The notes below the pieces were generated by a model. That model had not been told where the DNA came from, made no database searches, and worked only from the letters and a program-made list of their open reading frames with translations. From an uncultured delta proteobacterium (lineage in GTDB: Bacteria; Myxococcota_A; Polyangia; Polyangiales; Polyangiaceae), in the NCBI GenBank assembly GCA_963850305.1, contig CAWKKR010000008.1, positions 448,001 to 512,000 of the forward strand: a stretch of DNA of 64,000 nt, written 5' to 3'. Both the position numbers and the translations under genes were made by a program. This document shows positions 29,409 to 39,213 of the stretch, piece by piece (within the stretch, counting starts at the first letter, position 1; each line of letters starts with the position of its first letter).

Positions 29409-31220
29409 ATGGACAGGAGCGGCTCACTCCGTTTCATTCTGCTCGGCATCGCCGGCGTGTTCGTCTTCATGGCGATGCAGAAGTTGACGAAGGGCGAGCA
29501 CGAATCGGCGCGCCAGCCCCTCGGCGAGGAGTCGCACCTCGTACCCGCCGATCGAGCGCCGGAGAAGATGTGCGACATCTGGTCGCCTCTTTTCCACGCG
29601 CGGCTCCGGTCGCACGGAGGGACGCTCACGCACTTTCAGCTCCTCACGGCGAAGTACGAACGGAAGGGCGTCCCCGACGATCTCTCCACGACGCCCGATC
29701 CGGGGACGGAGCACGAGTTTCGCCAGCAACTCTTCACGCGGTTTCGCGGTGACGGTCACGAAGATCCGGCGGCCCCGTGGAGCGTGGACGTCGATTCGGT
29801 GGATTTCACGATTGCGCGAAGCGACGGGAGGACGTGCGCCTTCGTCTATCGCGACGCGAAAGTCGAGATCGATCGGACGATAAGCGCGACGGGCCGTCCC
29901 TACGAGCTGGACGTCAAGGACGACATCGAGAACGTCGGCTCGAAGCCGATGAAGCATCAGGTCAGCATCGACACGGTAGCGTGGCGGACGACCGATGAAG
30001 TCAAATCCAAGATGTTCCGCATCAGCCCGTACGTGACACGGGTCGAGTGCATGCCGGAAGTCGGAAAGGCGGTACGCCTCCTTCCGAACAACTTCGAACC
30101 AAAGGACTTCAAGGAACCGGCGTTTGCGAAGACGGCGCTGAACCCGGACGGAGATTGGTATGCAGTCCACGAGCCACCGGCGTTCGCGGCGGTTTCGAAC
30201 GCTTACTTTTCGCATGCGATCGTTCCCATCGCCGGGCCCGTCACCCCGGAGTGCCAGCTTCAGATCGAAGACCGCTGGGACTACAGGCGCTACGAGCACG
30301 CCTCCGACGACCCAAACGCCGGCGCAATGTACAGGGCGCGCCTCGCGTATCCCGTACGGATCCTCGCTCCTCACGAGTCCGCGAACTACGACGTACTCAC
30401 CTACATCGGGCCCAAGGAACGCGACGTGCTCGCGCAGGCGGGCGGCGGAACGCACCGGCTGAACGATCTCATCGACCTCGGCTTCTTCGCACCCGTCGCG
30501 AAGATCCTCGTCGGATTCCTGCTGAAGGTGCACTCGGTGATCCCGAACTGGGGCGTCGCGATCATCTTGTTGACGGTGACGGCCCGCACGCTGCTGTTCC
30601 CGCTGTCATGGCCCGGCGTCCAGAACATGGTCCGGATGCGCGAGATCAAGCCGGAGATGGACGCGCTGAACGAGAAGTACAAGGACGACTCGAAAGGGCG
30701 CGGCCTCGCCCAGATGGAGCTCTGGCGGAAGCACAAGGTGAACCCGTTCAAGGGTTGCCTGCCGCAGCTCGCCTCCATGCCCGTGTGGTTCGCCCTCTAC
30801 ACGACGCTCCAGACGGCGGTCGAACTCTACAACATCCCGTTTCTGTGGTTCCCGGATCTCTCGCAGCGCGATCCGCTGTTCATCCTGCCCTTCGTCATCG
30901 GCGGCACGTACTTCTTTCAGCAGCGCATGATGCCGATGCAAGGCGGTGACCCGGCCCAGCAAAAGCTGATGAAGTACATGATGCCCATCATGTTCACCGT
31001 GTTCATGCTGTTTTTGCCGTCGGGGCTCGGCGTCTACATGTTCACCAACAGCGTCCTCGCGATCTCCCAGCAAGCGCTGGTCGAGCGATATGCCAAGCGA
31101 TCGCTCGGAAACAAGCCGGGAGACATCGTCGTGAAGACGAACGACCCCGGAGCGACGGGCGGACAGAAAAATTCCAGGCGCGAAGCAGGCGCAAGGAACT
31201 CGCCGACGGCGCGTTCCTGA
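29409..31220 (+). CDS. yidC: Membrane protein insertase YidC
   Basis: YIGPK, NWGVAIILLT, GCLPQL, FLWFPDLSQRDP, LPSGLGVY. Confidence 0.95.
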   Translation: MDRSGSLRFILLGIAGVFVFMAMQKLTKGEHESARQPLGEESHLVPADRAPEKMCDIWSPLFHARLRSHGGTLTHFQLLTAKYERKGVPDDLSTTPDPGTEHEFRQQLFTRFRGDGHEDPAAPWSVDVDSVDFTIARSDGRTCAFVYRDAKVEIDRTISATGRPYELDVKDDIENVGSKPMKHQVSIDTVAWRTTDEVKSKMFRISPYVTRVECMPEVGKAVRLLPNNFEPKDFKEPAFAKTALNPDGDWYAVHEPPAFAAVSNAYFSHAIVPIAGPVTPECQLQIEDRWDYRRYEHASDDPNAGAMYRARLAYPVRILAPHESANYDVLTYIGPKERDVLAQAGGGTHRLNDLIDLGFFAPVAKILVGFLLKVHSVIPNWGVAIILLTVTARTLLFPLSWPGVQNMVRMREIKPEMDALNEKYKDDSKGRGLAQMELWRKHKVNPFKGCLPQLASMPVWFALYTTLQTAVELYNIPFLWFPDLSQRDPLFILPFVIGGTYFFQQRMMPMQGGDPAQQKLMKYMMPIMFTVFMLFLPSGLGVYMFTNSVLAISQQALVERYAKRSLGNKPGDIVVKTNDPGATGGQKNSRREAGARNSPTARS

Positions 31221-31241
31221 AACAAAAAGGCACCAGTACAA

Positions 31242-31844
31242 ATGAGCGATGCGAACCAGGACCAAACGATCGACGAGGGGTGGGACGAGAACGAAGACGC
31301 GGGCACGGCCGGGGAATCGTCGGCGGAGGGTGGACACATCCCCGAGAGGCGCCCCGACGACGGCCCTCCTTACGAGGGCGACGAACGCGCGAAATCGGCG
31401 TTGGCGTTCGTGGTCGAGATTCTGGACGAGATGGAAATGGATTGCGACGCCGAGCTACGGCGCCCGAAGCCAGAAGAACCGAACGAAATCTGCGTGGAGA
31501 TCTTCGGCAGGGACGCCGGCCGGATCATCGGCAAGAAGGGCCAGGTCCTCACGGCGTTTCAGTATTTGACCAATCGCGTGGTCAACCGACCGGGCCTCGA
31601 CAAACGCTACGTCACCGTCGACGCGGAAGGATATCGGAGCCGCCGCGACGACACGCTCACGACGATGGCGCGCCGCCTCGGCAAGCAAGCCGTGACGGAA
31701 GGCAAGATCATCACGTTCGAGCCCATGAACCCGCGCGATCGCCGGGTCATTCACCTCGCACTCGCAAAGTTCGAGGGCGTCGTGACCAAGAGCGAGGGCG
31801 AGGGCGAGGACCGTCGCGTCCAAATCATCCCGGTTCGGCGCTGA
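31242..31844 (+). CDS. jag: Jag/KhpB (EloR) KH-R3H RNA-binding protein
   Basis: IIGKKGQVL KH motif; PMNPRDRRVIH R3H motif; SEGEGEDRRV. Confidence 0.92.
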   Translation: MSDANQDQTIDEGWDENEDAGTAGESSAEGGHIPERRPDDGPPYEGDERAKSALAFVVEILDEMEMDCDAELRRPKPEEPNEICVEIFGRDAGRIIGKKGQVLTAFQYLTNRVVNRPGLDKRYVTVDAEGYRSRRDDTLTTMARRLGKQAVTEGKIITFEPMNPRDRRVIHLALAKFEGVVTKSEGEGEDRRVQIIPVRR

Positions 31845-31863
31845 CCCACGAGGGCCCCGGCGC

Positions 31864-33045
31864 TCACGCGGCGCCGAGCGCACCCTCGCCGACGGCTGCG
31901 CTGTCGGGGCTGTGGGTCTGCACCGACTCCGCGCGGAACGGGCCCAGGCCCTTTCGCCGGAGCTCGGCCGCCGCGAGCTCCTGATAGCGGGCGTTCCGCA
32001 TCATCGCCATCAGGATCGTGCCGTAGTACCCGAACGGCATCTTCGGGGACTCCGCGAAGTAGCGCAGCTTTTGATACGGGCGCGATGCCTGCGCGTGGTG
32101 ATCGGCGTGGCGCGACAACCCAACGAGCGTGCGGAGGGTGAAGGCGTTGTCCGTGTCCCAGGAGTCGACCGGCGTCACGGTGCGCGTCGCGCGCGTGATC
32201 CCCCAGTGTTCGATGTAGTTCACCGTCTCGAGCAGCGTGATGGCCGAGCGAGACTGGAACAGGAAGAACACCATCGCGACGGGCCCGAACACGACGAAGT
32301 AGGCCGCGACGATGAGCACCTCCGCGACGACACCCTGAAGCACGCGATGCCCGATCATGCGGCCGTCCGTGAATTTCATCTTCTCGTCGCCGAGCCTGAT
32401 CTTTTCGAGACGCCACGCGCTGACGAACTGGGCGGGGATCGTGCGCCGCATGAACTCGCGGAGCGTTTCGCCGAAACGTGCCGTCGCCGGGTCCGCTCGC
32501 GTGCCGAGGCGCGGGTGGTGCCCTCGCACGTGTTCCGTCGCGAACTGCTCGTACAGCACGAACATCAGCAGGAGTCGCCCCAGGAAGAAATCGAGACGCC
32601 CGCGCCGGTGAACGAGCTCATGACCCAGCACGATGCCCGAATATCCCGCGGTCGTGCCGCTCACGATGAGGACCCCGAAGAGATTCGCCAGCGTCATCCC
32701 AGCCGCCGACCAAGAGGTGAAATGAAGCCTCGAAGCCATGACCCCGAGCAGCACGTGATTTGCGAGCTGTAGGCCGACCAAGAGGTACATTTGCAGATCG
32801 AATGGCCAGCTCGGAAGATCCTCGGGAGGTTGCCGGTGATCGACTGGACTCTCGTTGTCCACCACGACCAGGATCCAGATGGGCATCGTCCAGAGCAGCG
32901 CGCTCCACCAGACGTGCGGGCCCGTGATCAAGAACACCAGGTTGATGATGGGCAGCACGAAGGCCCAGAGGTGCAGAGACCAGGTGCGCAGCGCGCTTAT
33001 CGTCGGGGTGTTGGCCGGTCCGATGGCAAAGGCGGCTCGGTTCAT
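31864..33045 (-). CDS. alkB: Alkane 1-monooxygenase (AlkB)-like membrane diiron enzyme
   Basis: His boxes HELVH, EHVRGHH, NYIEHWG, LSRHADHHA; DPATARFGE, MPFGY. Confidence 0.85.
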   Translation of the reverse strand: MNRAAFAIGPANTPTISALRTWSLHLWAFVLPIINLVFLITGPHVWWSALLWTMPIWILVVVDNESPVDHRQPPEDLPSWPFDLQMYLLVGLQLANHVLLGVMASRLHFTSWSAAGMTLANLFGVLIVSGTTAGYSGIVLGHELVHRRGRLDFFLGRLLLMFVLYEQFATEHVRGHHPRLGTRADPATARFGETLREFMRRTIPAQFVSAWRLEKIRLGDEKMKFTDGRMIGHRVLQGVVAEVLIVAAYFVVFGPVAMVFFLFQSRSAITLLETVNYIEHWGITRATRTVTPVDSWDTDNAFTLRTLVGLSRHADHHAQASRPYQKLRYFAESPKMPFGYYGTILMAMMRNARYQELAAAELRRKGLGPFRAESVQTHSPDSAAVGEGALGAA

Positions 33046-33099
33046 GATTGACTCCCGCGTGAGGATCTCTGCACCCCTCGGTTTATTTCAGATACGACT

Positions 33100-33120
33100 C
33101 CGTATGTCAATGACATGCGG
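33100..33120. promoter_or_regulatory. Palindromic operator candidate between divergent alkB and fdx
   Basis: CCGTATGTCA-A-TGACATGCGG (9 of 10 arm pairs match) in an AT-rich intergenic region. Confidence 0.55.
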
Positions 33121-33150
33121 TTTAGTATGTTGAATGGAGTTACGTGAGAG

Positions 33151-33339
33151 ATGAAAATCATTGTCGATTTCGATGTTTGCCAGAGTCACGGGCTGTGCAC
33201 GGAGGCCGCCCCGGAGGTCTTCGAGATTCGGGACGACGGCTTCCTCTACATCCTGAACGAGACCCCACCGGAGTCACTCCGCGCGAAAGTCGAGAAGGCA
33301 ATGCGCGAATGCCCGACCGGCGCCATACAGCTGGGCTGA
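33151..33339 (+). CDS. Single-cluster ferredoxin ([3Fe-4S] P450-partner type)
   Basis: CQSHGLC...CPTGAI (CxxHxxC..CP). Confidence 0.9.
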   Translation: MKIIVDFDVCQSHGLCTEAAPEVFEIRDDGFLYILNETPPESLRAKVEKAMRECPTGAIQLG

Positions 33340-33343
33340 GGTC

Positions 33344-34510
33344 GTGACCCGAGAACACGTCGCCGTCGTCGGAGGGTCGCTTTCGGGACTTCGTGCGGTG
33401 GAGGCCCTGCGACGGCGTGGCTTCGACGGTACGATCACCTGGATCGGTGCGGAACCGCATCGTCCTTATGATCGCCCGCCGCTGTCCAAGCAGATCCTGC
33501 GCGGTGATTGGGAGCCTGAGCGCGCGACCCTGAAGGCCACCTATGAAACCCTCGACGTCGAATTCCGGTTCGGGACGCGCGCGACGGCGCTCGAGGTGCG
33601 ATCGCGGCGCGTCCAGCTGTCCGACGGCAGCTCGGTCATGTACGACCGCCTCGTCATCGCGACGGGCGCGACCGCTCGCGCGTTGCCGGGAGCCGAATCA
33701 CTGCCCGGTGTCCATAGGCTCCGCACTCTCGAGGACGCGATCGCCATTCGGCGCGCACTGGTGGAGAAGCCGCGCGTCGCGATCGTCGGGGCCGGCTTCA
33801 TCGGACTCGAGGTCGCCGCTTCCTGTCGCGCGCTCGGCATCGACGTCACGGTCGTCGAATCGGCGCCGGTCCCGCTCGCCAACGCCATCGGGGAAACGAT
33901 GGGAACGGCGATCGCGGAGCTTCACCGCGCGCGCGGCGTGCAACTCGTGACGGGCGTCGGCGTCGAGCGCGTGCTCGGCGATGGGCGGGCTCGCGGGCTC
34001 CACTTGACCGACGGCCGCGCCGTGTCGGCGGACCTCATCATCGTCGGTATCGGCGTCGTGCCGAACACGGATTGGCTCGAGGGTTCGGGCCTCGTCGTGT
34101 CGAACGGCGTCGTTTGCGACGAATACGGGCGCACGAGCGTGCCAGGGGTGGTCGCGTGTGGAGACGTCGCGCGGTGGCGGAACCCGCTCTTCGAAGAGAG
34201 CTTCCGCGTCGAACACTGGACGAACGCCGTCGAGCAAGCCAACAGCGCCGTCGCCGCACTCTTCGACGATACGTCCGAGCTCGTGCCGATCGTTCCGTAT
34301 TTCTGGTCGGATCAATACGACGCGAAAATCCAATTTGCGGGGCGGATCGCACCCGGGGACGAGCTCCGTATCGAAGAAGGCTCCGTTGCGGCCAAGAACC
34401 TCGTCGCGACGTACGGGCGTCAAGGCCGTCTGCGCGGCGTGCTCACGGTGAACAAGCCGGCAGCGCTGGTTCGGTTCCGCCGCGCAATCGCTGCGGGGGC
34501 AGCTTTCTGA
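33344..34510 (+). CDS. Ferredoxin reductase (putidaredoxin reductase-like)
   Basis: PYDRPPLSK, VIATG, IVGAGFIGLE, ACGDVA, RVEHWTNA, PYFWSDQY. Confidence 0.92.
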   Translation: MTREHVAVVGGSLSGLRAVEALRRRGFDGTITWIGAEPHRPYDRPPLSKQILRGDWEPERATLKATYETLDVEFRFGTRATALEVRSRRVQLSDGSSVMYDRLVIATGATARALPGAESLPGVHRLRTLEDAIAIRRALVEKPRVAIVGAGFIGLEVAASCRALGIDVTVVESAPVPLANAIGETMGTAIAELHRARGVQLVTGVGVERVLGDGRARGLHLTDGRAVSADLIIVGIGVVPNTDWLEGSGLVVSNGVVCDEYGRTSVPGVVACGDVARWRNPLFEESFRVEHWTNAVEQANSAVAALFDDTSELVPIVPYFWSDQYDAKIQFAGRIAPGDELRIEEGSVAAKNLVATYGRQGRLRGVLTVNKPAALVRFRRAIAAGAAF

Positions 34511-34543
34511 ACCGCGCGTTCGCGTGGGCGCGCTTTCAGCCTT

Positions 34544-35863
34544 CTACTGGATTTTCTCGATCTTCGTTGGGCATCCCAGCACCACCTGCACGGTACCCCC
34601 GCCCTGCGCGAGCTTCTGACAGGTGTTCGGGCAGAGCGTGAGCTGCGTGTTGCCGGTGTCGAAAAACCACTCGTCGTTGGCCGTGCTGTCCCCGGCCGCA
34701 GCGCAATCGCCGGAGGTGGGCACCTGGAAGACGTCCGAGGAGCCCGCGTTGGGCGGCGAGTACGTCACGTTCACCTTCGTCGGGTCGACGGTGCCGTCGT
34801 TCGGCACGCCGAAGTCGCACGAGATCGCCTGGCCGCGGATCTGGTCGAGCGCGGCGGCAAATTGTTGCCCGACGTTGCCACCGGTATCGACGATGAACGC
34901 AGTCTGGGTTCCGCCCGCCTGGGCGAGCGCGTTCAGTGACGTGAGCGAGCTGCCGACGCCAATCACGAAAGTCGGAATGGACGGAACCGGCGGATTCGCG
35001 GTCGGATTCCCGGCAAGGGCCGGCGCCACGAGATCGCCCGCGATCGTTCCAGGGGTCGTCCCGGTGCCAACCACGTCATCCGCGTCGCAGCCGTTCGGAT
35101 CGCCGTCGGTTGCGAGCACGACGACGGTCTTCTCACCGAGATGGGACTGCGCCCAGCCAGTGGCGTATTGGTAAGCACCTTGCAGCGCTGGATAGGTCGG
35201 CGTTCCGCCGCCCGGACCGTGGTTGCCGAGGGATGTCGAGATCGCCGGCCCCACTCCCGGAAGCAATCCGATCCCCACGTCCGGGGTCGCATAGTCGGAA
35301 GCGGTGCACGAACCGCCCGTGGCCGAGAAGCATATGTTTATGAACGGAATACAGGTGCACCCGGATTGCCCCGAGGTGCACTGGCCATTGCCGCTCGTCG
35401 TGTACGGGAAATATCCAATGCCCGCGCTCGTGCCCGCATTCGCCGGATCCGCCACGAAGCCATCGAGCGAGCCCGAAACCGCTGCCCACTTCGATGGGCT
35501 GCCGTCGTTCATCGATCCGGATTGATCGACGAGGAAATACATGTCGAGCGGCTGGCGTTCACCTTGATGAACTTCAGTCGCGCAGCCGGCGTCGGCACCG
35601 AGGTCGCCTCCACCGTTGTCGCCTCCGCTCGAAAATAGAGCGCCCCCAAAGCTCGAGTTCCCGCTGCCCTCGCTGGAGCCCGAGCCATCTCCGCCGGATG
35701 AGCCCGATGATCCTGCGCCCGCCGATGAACCTTGAGAGCCACTCCCGCCGCCGAGGCCAGCCTGGCCGGTCGACGGGGAGCACGAGGCCAGCCAAGATGC
35801 GGACGTGAATGCGGCGAGAAGCGCGAGCGCCGCGTGCGGTCTCTCGTTGCGAAAGCTATGCAT
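34544..35863 (-). CDS. VWA-domain Cys-rich lipoprotein (CglB-like architecture)
   Basis: Lipobox LASC, Gly/Ser linker, FLVDQSGSM MIDAS, GGTPT, LATDGDP. Confidence 0.82.
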   Translation of the reverse strand: MHSFRNERPHAALALLAAFTSASWLASCSPSTGQAGLGGGSGSQGSSAGAGSSGSSGGDGSGSSEGSGNSSFGGALFSSGGDNGGGDLGADAGCATEVHQGERQPLDMYFLVDQSGSMNDGSPSKWAAVSGSLDGFVADPANAGTSAGIGYFPYTTSGNGQCTSGQSGCTCIPFINICFSATGGSCTASDYATPDVGIGLLPGVGPAISTSLGNHGPGGGTPTYPALQGAYQYATGWAQSHLGEKTVVVLATDGDPNGCDADDVVGTGTTPGTIAGDLVAPALAGNPTANPPVPSIPTFVIGVGSSLTSLNALAQAGGTQTAFIVDTGGNVGQQFAAALDQIRGQAISCDFGVPNDGTVDPTKVNVTYSPPNAGSSDVFQVPTSGDCAAAGDSTANDEWFFDTGNTQLTLCPNTCQKLAQGGGTVQVVLGCPTKIEKIQ

Positions 35864-36009
35864 GGCTGAACCTCGTCGGACGCTCGTGAACTCCTGAACC
35901 CGCGCCAGCGTGTTTCTCGAATGAGTCTAGTCGATCCTTCGCGCCCTTGCCTGCGGTTCCGGCCCGGAGGCGTCGCGAGGACGCGCGACTCCCTGCGTCA
36001 CAGCAGCGT

Positions 36010-37704
36010 CTATTTGCGCAGGCCGTATTTCTCGATCTTGTAGATCAGCGCCCGCCGGGACATTCCAAGGCGCCGCGCGGCTCGAGTCTGATTGCCATTT
36101 TCCGCGCCCAGTGCTTCTTCGATGCTCCGGCGCTCCAGATCCGCGAGCTTGTCCTTCACGGTTCCTGCGGTGGCAGTGGGAGAACTGGCTACAGGCGCAT
36201 CCCGCCGGCGCAGAGATTCCGGGAGGTGCTCGACGCCGATCCGGCCTCCGTCGGCAAGAACGACGGCGTGCTCCATCGCGTTCTTCAGCTCGCGCACGTT
36301 GCCCGGCCATGGGTGACGAACGAGCGCCGCGACGGCCGAGTGGTCGAACGTCGGTGGTGCACGATCCGCCCGTCGCGAACTCTCACGCGCGAACATCTCC
36401 GCCAACAGCGCGATCTCGGCGTGACGCTCACGAAGCGGCGGCACGTTCAGCGTGAACGCGCTCAGCCGATAATAGAGGTCCTCGCGAAACCGTCCTTCCG
36501 AAACTTCATTCTGCAGATCGCGGTGCGTTGCCGAGAGGACGCGAACATCGATCGGGTGTTCCTGGGTGCCCCCGAGGCGCCGGACTTCGCGATTCTCGAG
36601 CACGTTGAGGAGCTTCACTTGCACCGTGACCGGCAGCTCCCCTATTTCATCGAGGAACAACGTGCCGCCCTGCGCACCTTCGAGATAACCGATCTTGCGG
36701 CGATCGGCGCCGGTGAAGGCGCCGCGTTCGTGACCGAACAGCTCGCTCTCGAGCAGAGTCTCCGGCAACGATGCGCAGTTCAAGCGAACGAAGGGCCCCT
36801 GCGCGCGCGCGCTCCATCGATGAATCTGCTCGGCGATGACCTCCTTGCCGACGCCGGTCTCGCCCAGGATGAGCACGGTCGTCTGCACGGCCGCGAGCTT
36901 CCGCGCGAGCTGGAACACCTGCACCATCGCCGGATCGGCGACGACCACGCCATCGCGCGTGTCGGGTATCGGCGCGGCGACGCCGGCTGAGGTGCGCGCC
37001 CAGAGTTCCTGCGCCGTCGACCCCTGATCCGGGAAGCGCGCAGTCGTGAGCTGTACGCCCGGTCGCGAGCGCAGCGGCGACAAGACACGCTCGACGATGG
37101 CGGCGTCCCCCTCCTCGAGCAGCGCAGCGTATTCGCCGTCACCGCGCTCCTCGACGACAGCCATGGGGCCGAGAAGCTCGGTGAGCGACCCTAGCCCGTC
37201 GGGATACCGCTCGAGGTCCATCACGATGCGGCAAAGGACGGCGCGTGCTCCTGGCGCCGCGAACCGCGCGAGCTCGCGCTCGAGCCGGCTACTCGATACA
37301 CCGGGGCCGCGGGTCTCGGCCGTTGCCACGATTGCCTCGACGTCACCGACGCGAATGACGTCACCGCCGACGACGGGCGAGGTCTCGCCGCGCAGGCGCT
37401 TCTCGTTCACCTTGGTGCCGTTGCGACTCCCGAGATCGATCAACTCGAGCTCGCGACCGCTGCGACGGAGCTCGGCATGACGACGCGATGCGCGGGAATC
37501 GTCGACGCGTACGTGCGACTCCGGGGCGCGCCCGAAAACGACCGTGCCACCATCGGATAGATCGACGACGCGCGTCGATTCACCGTCGGTTACGAGCAGA
37601 TACACCCGGAATCCGGTGGCGGGCGTCACGCCGTCGAGCCCGTCCACCTGCGTTCCCGGATCGAACTCCGTCGGGCCCTCGATGGGGTTCCGCTTGCCGT
37701 TCAT
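36010..37704 (-). CDS. FHA-domain sigma54-dependent enhancer-binding protein
   Basis: FHA (FGR..SRRHA..DLGSRNGT), GETGVGKE, ESELFGHERGAFTGA, WPGNVREL, C-terminal HTH. Confidence 0.94.
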   Translation of the reverse strand: MNGKRNPIEGPTEFDPGTQVDGLDGVTPATGFRVYLLVTDGESTRVVDLSDGGTVVFGRAPESHVRVDDSRASRRHAELRRSGRELELIDLGSRNGTKVNEKRLRGETSPVVGGDVIRVGDVEAIVATAETRGPGVSSSRLERELARFAAPGARAVLCRIVMDLERYPDGLGSLTELLGPMAVVEERGDGEYAALLEEGDAAIVERVLSPLRSRPGVQLTTARFPDQGSTAQELWARTSAGVAAPIPDTRDGVVVADPAMVQVFQLARKLAAVQTTVLILGETGVGKEVIAEQIHRWSARAQGPFVRLNCASLPETLLESELFGHERGAFTGADRRKIGYLEGAQGGTLFLDEIGELPVTVQVKLLNVLENREVRRLGGTQEHPIDVRVLSATHRDLQNEVSEGRFREDLYYRLSAFTLNVPPLRERHAEIALLAEMFARESSRRADRAPPTFDHSAVAALVRHPWPGNVRELKNAMEHAVVLADGGRIGVEHLPESLRRRDAPVASSPTATAGTVKDKLADLERRSIEEALGAENGNQTRAARRLGMSRRALIYKIEKYGLRK

Positions 37705-37720
37705 GTGCCCGCACGATCGA

Positions 37721-37746
37721 TGCGCACGTTGTACGCCGCGTGCGCA
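37721..37746. promoter_or_regulatory. Inverted repeat, candidate enhancer (UAS)
   Basis: TGCGCACG-N10-CGTGCGCA, ~55 bp upstream of the sigma54 motif. Confidence 0.4.
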
Positions 37747-37799
37747 GGAAATTTGAGCTTCTCAGCCACTTCTGTGGACGACTAGCGCGTTTGCAAGCG

Positions 37800-37815
37800 C
37801 GGCACCAGTCTTGCT
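37800..37815 (+). promoter_or_regulatory. Sigma54 (-24/-12) promoter candidate
   Basis: cGGCACCAGTCTTGCT fits TGGCAC-N5-TTGCW with exact GG-N10-GC spacing. Confidence 0.6.
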
Positions 37816-38035
37816 TTATGAGCGCATCACGCACTCGCCGGCCGCTCGCGCCATCGTGTTAACGCGCCGCCCTCGATGGCGCGGGCGGTCCGGCGGGAAG
37901 CAATTCGAACTCATCGCCACTCCCGTTGCAACATTCTGCAAAGCCAAGCGTCCCGGAGCCTCGATGACTGACAAGTAGAAGGCCGATTCGCCGCTCTGAT
38001 GCGACGGGAGCGGACCTTTCTGTTATCGTGGCCAC

Positions 38036-39034
38036 GTGCTTCGGCGCTTGCTTGGCCCCGCCTTGGTCGCCGCGGTTTTAGCCTCTTCAGGGCACGCCCG
38101 CGCTCAGGACGCCCAGGGGCTGTTCGACGAGGGGCTCAGTGAAATGAAGGCTGGGCGCTACAAGCTCGGCTGCGCGCTCATCAAGCGCAGCCTGGACGTG
38201 GACGCGCGTCCAGGGACGCTCTTTACCTTGGCCGAGTGCTACTCGCGCGCGGGGAAGTACGCGTCGGCCGTGTCGCTGTACGATCGTTTTCTCGCCGTCT
38301 ACGAGAGCATGCCAGCGGACGAGAAGCCGCAGCAGCAGGCTCGCGCCGATATCTCTCGCACGGAACGAACCCGCCTGGTGACTCAAGTTGCGTGGCTTAC
38401 CGTCAGGCTACCCACGTTCGCGCCGCCCAACGTCGTCGTGACCCTCGACGGGGACGATTTCGCCGCGAGCTTGTTCGGAGTCGCCACCGCGGTGGATCCT
38501 GGCCCGCACGTTTTCACGACGCGCGCCACGGATGGCCCACTCATCGAGCAGCGGATCGACATTGCGCCTGGAGAGCGCAAATCAACGGTGCTCGAGGTGA
38601 GATCTGCCGGGTCGTGGACACCACCGGCCGACTCCTCGCCACAGCCCGCGGGAGCCGTCCCCGAGACGACGCAAGCGAACGGAACACATACGAACCCCTG
38701 GGTGTATGTGGCCGGCGGCATCGGGGCGGCGGGGCTCGTCACGGGAACCGTCACCGGCGTGCTACTTCTCGGCAAGCGAAGCACCATCGAACGCGATTGT
38801 GCGACCAATCGAATCTGCACGTCGCAGGAAGGTTTCGACGCCGTTCACGCCGCGCAGGGAACGCTCGCCCCCATCACCACGGTAGCGTTGACCGTGGGCG
38901 TCGCTGGAGCGATCACCGCCGTCGTGCTGATGGTTACCGGCGGGTCCCAGAGTGCGACGCCTCAGGCGGCGACCACGCCGGTTGTCGGGTTCTCGCCCTC
39001 GGGCGCAACACTGGGGCTGCACGCCACCTGGTGA
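38036..39034 (+). CDS. TPR + PEGA-like exported/membrane protein
   Basis: Signal peptide; TPR (LFTLAECYSRAGKYASA), beta region (VDPGPH), C-terminal hydrophobic segments. Confidence 0.8.
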   Translation: MLRRLLGPALVAAVLASSGHARAQDAQGLFDEGLSEMKAGRYKLGCALIKRSLDVDARPGTLFTLAECYSRAGKYASAVSLYDRFLAVYESMPADEKPQQQARADISRTERTRLVTQVAWLTVRLPTFAPPNVVVTLDGDDFAASLFGVATAVDPGPHVFTTRATDGPLIEQRIDIAPGERKSTVLEVRSAGSWTPPADSSPQPAGAVPETTQANGTHTNPWVYVAGGIGAAGLVTGTVTGVLLLGKRSTIERDCATNRICTSQEGFDAVHAAQGTLAPITTVALTVGVAGAITAVVLMVTGGSQSATPQAATTPVVGFSPSGATLGLHATW

Positions 39035-39213
39035 ATTTCCGAACCGGACAGATTCCATCCTAGGCGCATCGCGTTATGCGACACCGGCCGGGAGGGACGC
39101 CCTCGTTCGCGGCCGTCGCCACCGGATTTCGAGCGGAAATACCCGCGTTTCCGGGCCTTTCCTGGGGAATCGCTGCACGCTCGACCGCTATCTTGTACGC
39201 TGTTTCAGGCTTC

